DNA of 55,239 nt from a virus (taxonomy: Duplodnaviria > Heunggongvirae > Uroviricota > Caudoviricetes), in the IMG/VR virus record IMGVR_UViG_3300033076_000726, positions 1-55,239 of that record; one strand, written 5' to 3'. The position numbers and the translations under genes were made by a program. The number at the start of each line of letters is the position of its first letter. Position 1 is the stretch's first letter. Below the pieces are notes generated by a model. The model saw only the letters and a program-made list of their open reading frames with translations, did no database searches and was not told the origin of the DNA. This document shows positions 50,060-55,239 of the stretch, one piece after another.

Positions 50060-53000
50060 ATGAATATTTTTGACGCCATAATATCGGGTTCACTCGAAGT
50101 TGCAGGAGATAGTCACATTGCGGGAGATTTAACGGTTGACGGTATTATAAATGCCGTAATTAGTGGTACGACATCAAATGCAATATCCGCATCACATGCT
50201 GCTAACTACACATTAACCACATCGTTTAACGATTTTACATCATCATATAACACCGGTTCATTTACCGGTAGTTTTAGAGGTGATGGTAATGGTTTATATA
50301 ACATACCTGCAAGTGGTGTAACAGGATTACAATTAAATAAGATTTCAGACGGAAATACCAACGCACAAATTTATGATGGTGTTGGATTAAGGATAAACGA
50401 TGATACGTTTGTTACCGGTTCAATTTATGTGACGGGTGACGTTGTTATTAACGGTACATCATATAACGCCGCAACATCCGGAACAAGTGGTACGTCAGGA
50501 ACATCTGGTAGTTCAGGAAGTAGTGGAACATCAGGTTCATCTGGTTCTAGTGGAACTTCAGGTACGAGCGGTAGTTCGGGTTCATCGGGCACATCGGGTT
50601 CTAGTGGTAGTTCAGGTACATCAGGGTCTAGCGGTTCTTCAGGTACAAGCGGAACATCTGGAACTTCGGGGTCAAGCGGTTCTTCAGGAACAAGTGGTTC
50701 TTCGGGTTCTAGTGGTAGTTCAGGTACATCTGGTACTTCAGGTTCTAGCGGTAGTTCAGGTACATCAGGTACGAGTGGAAGCTCAGGGTCTAGCGGAACC
50801 GCAGGTACTAGCGGCACTTCAGGAAGTGATGGTTCTTCAGGTACTTCAGGAACATCAGGTAGTTCAGGGTCTAGTGGTACATCCGGTTCTTCGGGTACAA
50901 GTGGCACATCAGGTAGTTCAGGAAGTAGTGGAACAAGTGGAACGTCAGGTTCATCCGGTTCTAGTGGAACTTCAGGAACCAGTGGTTCATCTGGTAGTAG
51001 TGGTACCTCAGGTTCTAGTGGAACTTCTGGAACAAGTGGAACGTCGGGTTCTAGTGGTTCTTCGGGAACGTCAGGTTCTAGTGGTTCATCGGGAACAAGT
51101 GGTAGCTCAGGGTCTAGCGGAACATCTGGAACTTCAGGAACATCCGGGTCAAGCGGTTCTTCAGGTACCGTAACCATGACAGGAACACAAGATAACGGAC
51201 TTCTTACTTTAGATGGAAGTTCACCAAATGTAACTGTCGAATCAAATTTAACATTTGATGGTAACAATTTAAAATTAGTAGGAAATCAATATATAACAGG
51301 TTCATTATGGGTAACTCAAGACTTAACTGTATTGGGTTCATCATCAATAACATATGTAACATCATCACAATTAAATGTTTTAACATCTTACATATCAGTA
51401 AACGTAAATGAACCATCTGAAAGATTTGGAGGTATTAAAGTATACGATAGCGGTAGTTCAACTGCAACAGCGTCTTTATCGTGGGATAGTTTAAATAATA
51501 GATGGGTTTATCAAAATGCTAGTGGTTCTAACTATAACGGTGCGATGTTAATAATGGGTCCGAGAAATACGGGTTCATTAGGTGAAGAACAAACATTAAC
51601 CAGCGGTAAAATTCCAAAATCAATTGGTGGTGATCACATTGGAGATTCGATAATTTCAGAAAGTGGTGGTGCAATTGGTGTGTCGGGTAGTTTATCAGTA
51701 ACGGGTTCATTATATATTAACGGTAGTTCATATACGGCAGCAACATCAGGTACTAGTGGAACTTCGGGTACAAGCGGAACTTCCGGTACAAGTGGTACTT
51801 CAGGTAGTTCCGGCTCTTCAGGAACCAGTGGTACGTCAGGTAGTTCGGGTTCATCTGGTACATCCGGTAGTTCAGGAAGTAGTGGAAGTTCCGGTACAAG
51901 TGGTACATCAGGTAGTTCAGGTTCTTCAGGAACAAGTGGAACTTCAGGTAGCTCGGGCTCTTCAGGAACCAGTGGTACGTCAGGTAGTTCAGGTTCATCA
52001 GGAACATCGGGAACTAGTGGCTCTTCAGGAAGTAGTGGAACTGCGGGTACATCTGGTAGTTCTGGAAGTAATGGTAGTTCAGGTACATCTGGTAGTTCGG
52101 GAAGTAGTGGAACAAGTGGTAGTTCAGGTTCTAGTGGTACGTCTGGTACAAGCGGAACTTCAGGTTCTAGTGGTACATCAGGTAGTTCGGGGTCTAGTGG
52201 TTCTTCAGGAACAAGTGGAACTTCAGGTTCTAGCGGTTCATCTGGTACATCAGGGTCTAGTGGAAGTTCAGGAACAAGTGGTTCATCAGGTTCTTCTGGT
52301 AGCTCAGGAACATCAGGGATAAATGGTACTTCAGGTACAAGTGGAACGTCAGGTTCTTCAGGTTCTAGTGGTAGTTCAGGTACGTCACCATCAGCGGCAT
52401 TATATGTTGCAAAGGCAGGTGATGAAACAATAACGGGACAAAAAACATTCCCTAGTGAAATTGCTAATAGACCTATTTTATCAGGAGGTTTCATTTCCGC
52501 AGCAACAGGTGATTTAGACGTTGATTTATGGGGTATTTCTGAAGATTATTATCCATCACACGCAACTGCAGCAAATGCATGGGGACTAAGATGGTACGGA
52601 ACAGGTAATGAATTTAGATTTGTTGGTGGAGGTACTAATAGGGTTATTATGGACATGGATAACGGAGATATAACCTCAACAGGTACTATCACCGCCCCAA
52701 CCTTCTCAGGTGCTTTATCGGGTAATGCATCAACAGCAACAAGTGCAAATCAAATCGATGGAGTTGATTTTGTTAATACAAATTCAAATAACGGATTGAA
52801 TGCCAATAGTGTAGATGCTAACGTAGTTGGTTATGTAACAAATATTGATGGTTCATCAGGTAATCCATCTGGAAATGCATCAGACGGTGCGTTGTATGGC
52901 CAAGCATATAATTCAAGTTGGCAACATCAATTTTACGGTGATTATCGTTCAGGTCAAGTTTGGGTAAGAGGTAAAAATAGTGGAACATGGACAAGTTGGA

Positions 53001-53209
53001 AAAAATTATCCACAAAATATTCAACAACTTTCAGTAACGTATCGTCAGTATCAGTTACACATAATTTAGGTAGTAAAGATGTTGCGGTATTCGTTTATGA
53101 TAGTAGTGATAATATGTTCTGGCCATCATCAATTGTAACAACATCGGTGAATGTTGTTGATATAACTTTTACAACATCGAGAACAGGAAGGGTTGTAATT
53201 ATCGGTTAA
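50060..53209 (+). CDS. Fibre protein with two (Gly-Ser/Thr-Ser)n tracts, a knob-like domain and a C-terminal HNLG module
   Basis: Tracts at about 50477-51166 and 51746-52387. WQHQFYGDYRSGQVWVRGKNSGTWTSWKKL resembles pyocin/fibre knob ends. VTHNLGSKDVAVFVYD resembles the C-terminal modules of 1962..6395. Confidence 0.75.
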   Translation: MNIFDAIISGSLEVAGDSHIAGDLTVDGIINAVISGTTSNAISASHAANYTLTTSFNDFTSSYNTGSFTGSFRGDGNGLYNIPASGVTGLQLNKISDGNTNAQIYDGVGLRINDDTFVTGSIYVTGDVVINGTSYNAATSGTSGTSGTSGSSGSSGTSGSSGSSGTSGTSGSSGSSGTSGSSGSSGTSGSSGSSGTSGTSGTSGSSGSSGTSGSSGSSGSSGTSGTSGSSGSSGTSGTSGSSGSSGTAGTSGTSGSDGSSGTSGTSGSSGSSGTSGSSGTSGTSGSSGSSGTSGTSGSSGSSGTSGTSGSSGSSGTSGSSGTSGTSGTSGSSGSSGTSGSSGSSGTSGSSGSSGTSGTSGTSGSSGSSGTVTMTGTQDNGLLTLDGSSPNVTVESNLTFDGNNLKLVGNQYITGSLWVTQDLTVLGSSSITYVTSSQLNVLTSYISVNVNEPSERFGGIKVYDSGSSTATASLSWDSLNNRWVYQNASGSNYNGAMLIMGPRNTGSLGEEQTLTSGKIPKSIGGDHIGDSIISESGGAIGVSGSLSVTGSLYINGSSYTAATSGTSGTSGTSGTSGTSGTSGSSGSSGTSGTSGSSGSSGTSGSSGSSGSSGTSGTSGSSGSSGTSGTSGSSGSSGTSGTSGSSGSSGTSGTSGSSGSSGTAGTSGSSGSNGSSGTSGSSGSSGTSGSSGSSGTSGTSGTSGSSGTSGSSGSSGSSGTSGTSGSSGSSGTSGSSGSSGTSGSSGSSGSSGTSGINGTSGTSGTSGSSGSSGSSGTSPSAALYVAKAGDETITGQKTFPSEIANRPILSGGFISAATGDLDVDLWGISEDYYPSHATAANAWGLRWYGTGNEFRFVGGGTNRVIMDMDNGDITSTGTITAPTFSGALSGNASTATSANQIDGVDFVNTNSNNGLNANSVDANVVGYVTNIDGSSGNPSGNASDGALYGQAYNSSWQHQFYGDYRSGQVWVRGKNSGTWTSWKKLSTKYSTTFSNVSSVSVTHNLGSKDVAVFVYDSSDNMFWPSSIVTTSVNVVDITFTTSRTGRVVIIG
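50477..51166 (+). repeat. (SGT/SGS)n coding tract, about 230 aa
   Basis: Direct translation. Confidence 0.95.
51746..52387 (+). repeat. (SGT/SGS)n coding tract, about 214 aa
   Basis: Direct translation. Confidence 0.95.
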
Positions 53210-53221
53210 TTTTGGTATATT
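53193..53221 (+). promoter_or_regulatory. Sigma70-like promoter TTGTAA-N17-TATATT, 6 nt before ATG
   Basis: Seen directly; recurrent architecture. Confidence 0.45.
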
Positions 53222-53227
53222 TTATAT

Positions 53228-54370
53228 ATGATAAGAGAAAACGTTGTTCAAAGTGGGTCATTAACTGTAGGAAGTATAAAAGGTCAGTTAATTGTACCCG
53301 CAGGTCCAAGAAGTGGTCGACCATCTACACCTGATACAGGTTCATTGTATCTTGAAACGTCTTCAAGTGGTAGTGTCATTATGGTTTATAATGGAATTAA
53401 CAATATTGATAACGGTTGGGAACCTATTGGTAGTCAAGATGATTCAAGAATTGCTTTCAAATATAGACAAATTATTAGTACCTCATATACTGCCGGTGGT
53501 TATAAAGATGCATCACCATGGAAAACAGTACAAAGAACAATCAACGCAACAGACCAAACAGTTAGTGTGGGTGATTTGATGGATTATCCATCATCATACT
53601 CATCAGGTGGATGTAGTCCAACTAAATTATTTATGTGGTCAGTTAATACAGATAACTTATGGAAATCGGCAACGGAAGTTCACGGTACATATACAACGGG
53701 AATCGACATGGTTAATGAAACAGCATATGCTCACCAATCAAAATGGGATTTGGCAAATGCTAGAGACCAAATGGGAACATTGTTTCAAGAAGGTTTATTT
53801 GCGTGGATATTTGGTGGTTCGGTGGCTGCGGTTGAGAAGTTTAATTTTACAAACGAAACAATGTATTCCAACTATTACCCAAATGCCGCACCATACATTA
53901 CGATGACATCATCAATCACCAGTTCATTAGGTTGTGCGGGATTTTCGGACGAAAATTATGGTTACGGTTATGGTTCGGAAAGTGGTATGAAGTTATTTTT
54001 TGCAACAGATACCATATCTGTTAAACAGCAATGGGGTGCTAGTGGACAACAAAAAGGTATTAGTTCAAAAGTAGGTAAAGGATATGCCGGTAATGAGGGG
54101 ACATATAATGGTGGATACAATTTAAGAAGATGGGATTATGCTACGGAATCAAATATTGGTAATGTGGCAAAACCTTACCCTAATTGTGGAGAAGAAAATT
54201 TTACAATGGGACAAGACCATCAATATATGATAGGTAACTATGATGGCACACAAAATAACGGTAGTTGGAAATTCTACTACGCAACCGATAGCGGTTCGTC
54301 AAGCGTTTCCGGTTTAAATCCAACAACACACGGTGGGATGTCATCAGGTCATTGTGGATGGAGAGCATAG
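53228..54370 (+). CDS. Putative virion protein, beta-propeller/Kelch-like repeats
   Basis: N-terminal anchor-like RPSTPDTGSLYLET; YTAGGYK..SPWK, IFGG..VEKFNF, YAGNEG repeats; paralog follows. Confidence 0.55.
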   Translation: MIRENVVQSGSLTVGSIKGQLIVPAGPRSGRPSTPDTGSLYLETSSSGSVIMVYNGINNIDNGWEPIGSQDDSRIAFKYRQIISTSYTAGGYKDASPWKTVQRTINATDQTVSVGDLMDYPSSYSSGGCSPTKLFMWSVNTDNLWKSATEVHGTYTTGIDMVNETAYAHQSKWDLANARDQMGTLFQEGLFAWIFGGSVAAVEKFNFTNETMYSNYYPNAAPYITMTSSITSSLGCAGFSDENYGYGYGSESGMKLFFATDTISVKQQWGASGQQKGISSKVGKGYAGNEGTYNGGYNLRRWDYATESNIGNVAKPYPNCGEENFTMGQDHQYMIGNYDGTQNNGSWKFYYATDSGSSSVSGLNPTTHGGMSSGHCGWRA

Positions 54371-54386
54371 AAAATATTTATAAAAT

Positions 54387-55239
54387 ATGATATACGAAAA
54401 TATGGAAGTAAGTGGGTCTTTAAGAGCGGCACAAATTATTGCCGGTCCGAAGAACACAAGAGCAAATAGACCAACAAGTCCAGCAATTGGGTCTTTATTT
54501 TTAGAAACTTCACCTAGTGGAAGTTATATGATGGTATACACAGCAATATCAAATAATGACGATGGATGGGAAAGAATATCATCACAACAAAGTGCAAACT
54601 TGGCCTTTAAATATCGTCAAATTATTGCCTATGGATATTTGGCTGGAGGTTATAAAGATTCGTCACCATGGAAAAATGTACATAAAACGGTGGCAGCAAC
54701 AGACCAAACTTCACACGTTGGTCAATTGTTAGATTATCCCGTAAGTTACACTAAGGGTGCGTGTAGTAAAACAATATTATTTGTGTTTTCATCTAATAGT
54801 GATAATGCATGGAAAGGTCCAGATACTGTTCATGGAACATACACCTCGGCCGTAAACATGTCAAATGATACTGGATATGCCAATCAAACTAAATTCAATT
54901 TATTTAATGCTAGATCGGATTTGGCTGTTATGTTTAAAGAAACTGAGATGGCTTATATTGTTGCAGGAGGTACCACATCCGTTGAGAAATTTAATCTTGC
55001 AAATGAAACAAACATAACAGGATTTAATTTAACCTCTTTTAACTCTAGTGAAGGTGCGTCTGCGTTTTCAGATGAGAACAACGGTTATGCATATAATTCG
55101 GGTAATGGTGTAAAATTCTCATTTTCCACCGAAACATTCTCAAACGGTTCGGTATGGGGTGCACATGGACAACAAAAAGGTATTAGTTCAAAAGTAGGTA
55201 AAGGATATGCGGGTAATGAAGGTTCATACAATGGTGGAT
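54387..55239 (+). CDS. 3'-truncated paralog of 53228..54370 (absent from ORF track)
   Basis: MIYENMEVSGSLRAAQ...RPTSPAIGSLFLETS...AFKYRQII..GYLAGGYKDSSPWK...GQQKGISSKVGKGYAGNEG; frame open to the window end. Confidence 0.8.
   Translation, partial: MIYENMEVSGSLRAAQIIAGPKNTRANRPTSPAIGSLFLETSPSGSYMMVYTAISNNDDGWERISSQQSANLAFKYRQIIAYGYLAGGYKDSSPWKNVHKTVAATDQTSHVGQLLDYPVSYTKGACSKTILFVFSSNSDNAWKGPDTVHGTYTSAVNMSNDTGYANQTKFNLFNARSDLAVMFKETEMAYIVAGGTTSVEKFNLANETNITGFNLTSFNSSEGASAFSDENNGYAYNSGNGVKFSFSTETFSNGSVWGAHGQQKGISSKVGKGYAGNEGSYNGG

Noticed and set aside
7330-52387. Possible CRISPR array or DNA satellite in the repetitive tracts
   Set aside because: The repeats are 9-nt codon-level units with synonymous variation and no constant repeat/unique spacer structure.
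7119-52494. Minus-strand ORFs rich in PEVPLVPDEP and alternate-frame plus-strand ORFs rich in VVQVLQELV (e.g. 7119-7958, 12379-13371, 14018-14719, 50425-51267, 51634-52494)
   Set aside because: Shadow frames of the SGT/SGS and TPT repeats, which lack stop codons in other frames; they overlap well-supported genes.
11646-55210. Diversity-generating retroelement (template/variable repeat pairs)
   Set aside because: The repeated segments are short and identical rather than adenine-mutated, and no reverse transcriptase is present in the window.
1-55239. Stop-codon recoding as in some large phages
   Set aside because: Long coherent ORFs under the standard code, with TAA, TAG and TGA all ending genes at natural boundaries (e.g. 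TAG at 21617, 34809, 44476, 54370).
1-55239. Eukaryotic giant-virus origin, suggested by GT7 and fibril-like proteins
   Set aside because: Translationally coupled operons, sigma70-like promoters and phage tail-fibre modules favour a bacteriophage. A bacterial prophage or island is not fully excluded without hallmark genes.
1-55239. tRNA, rRNA or other structured RNA genes
   Set aside because: Intergenic gaps are short (mostly under 120 nt) and no cloverleaf or rRNA-like sequence was noticed; a covariance search was not run.

Overview
AT-rich, gene-dense segment with essentially all real genes on the + strand, most likely from a large tailed bacteriophage. Evidence: operon-style ATGA/TAATG overlaps, no Shine-Dalgarno motifs (Bacteroidota-like host is an inference), and phage tail-fibre modules. 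Two blocks of virion surface/fibre genes (1-20144 and 50060-55239) carry Thr/Pro mucin-like tracts, about 1,340 residues of Pro-free (Gly-Ser/Thr-Ser)n repeats, LamG lectin-like domains and Gly-rich domains. They flank a ~30 kb enzyme island (20164-50003). The island holds several glycosyltransferases (two GT7 with inserted LamG, GT-A-like, GT4, an Aah/TibC-like protein O-glycosyltransferase), three methyltransferase domains, eight N-terminal twitch/SPASM radical SAM enzymes, a NodU/CmcH carbamoyltransferase, an APS kinase/nucleotidyltransferase/DUF2061 trio, two SGNH-like proteins and three 2OG-Fe(II) oxygenases. It also holds an unusual circularly permuted ATP-grasp-like protein fused to tandem Hint domains. 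The most novel signals are the ATP-grasp-Hint-Hint protein with a hexapeptide between the Hint domains, a shared C-terminal K-x-(L/I)-(I/L) tail on about 13 island enzymes, and the apparent virion post-translational decoration system as a whole. All functional calls come from motif recognition by eye; no searches were run.
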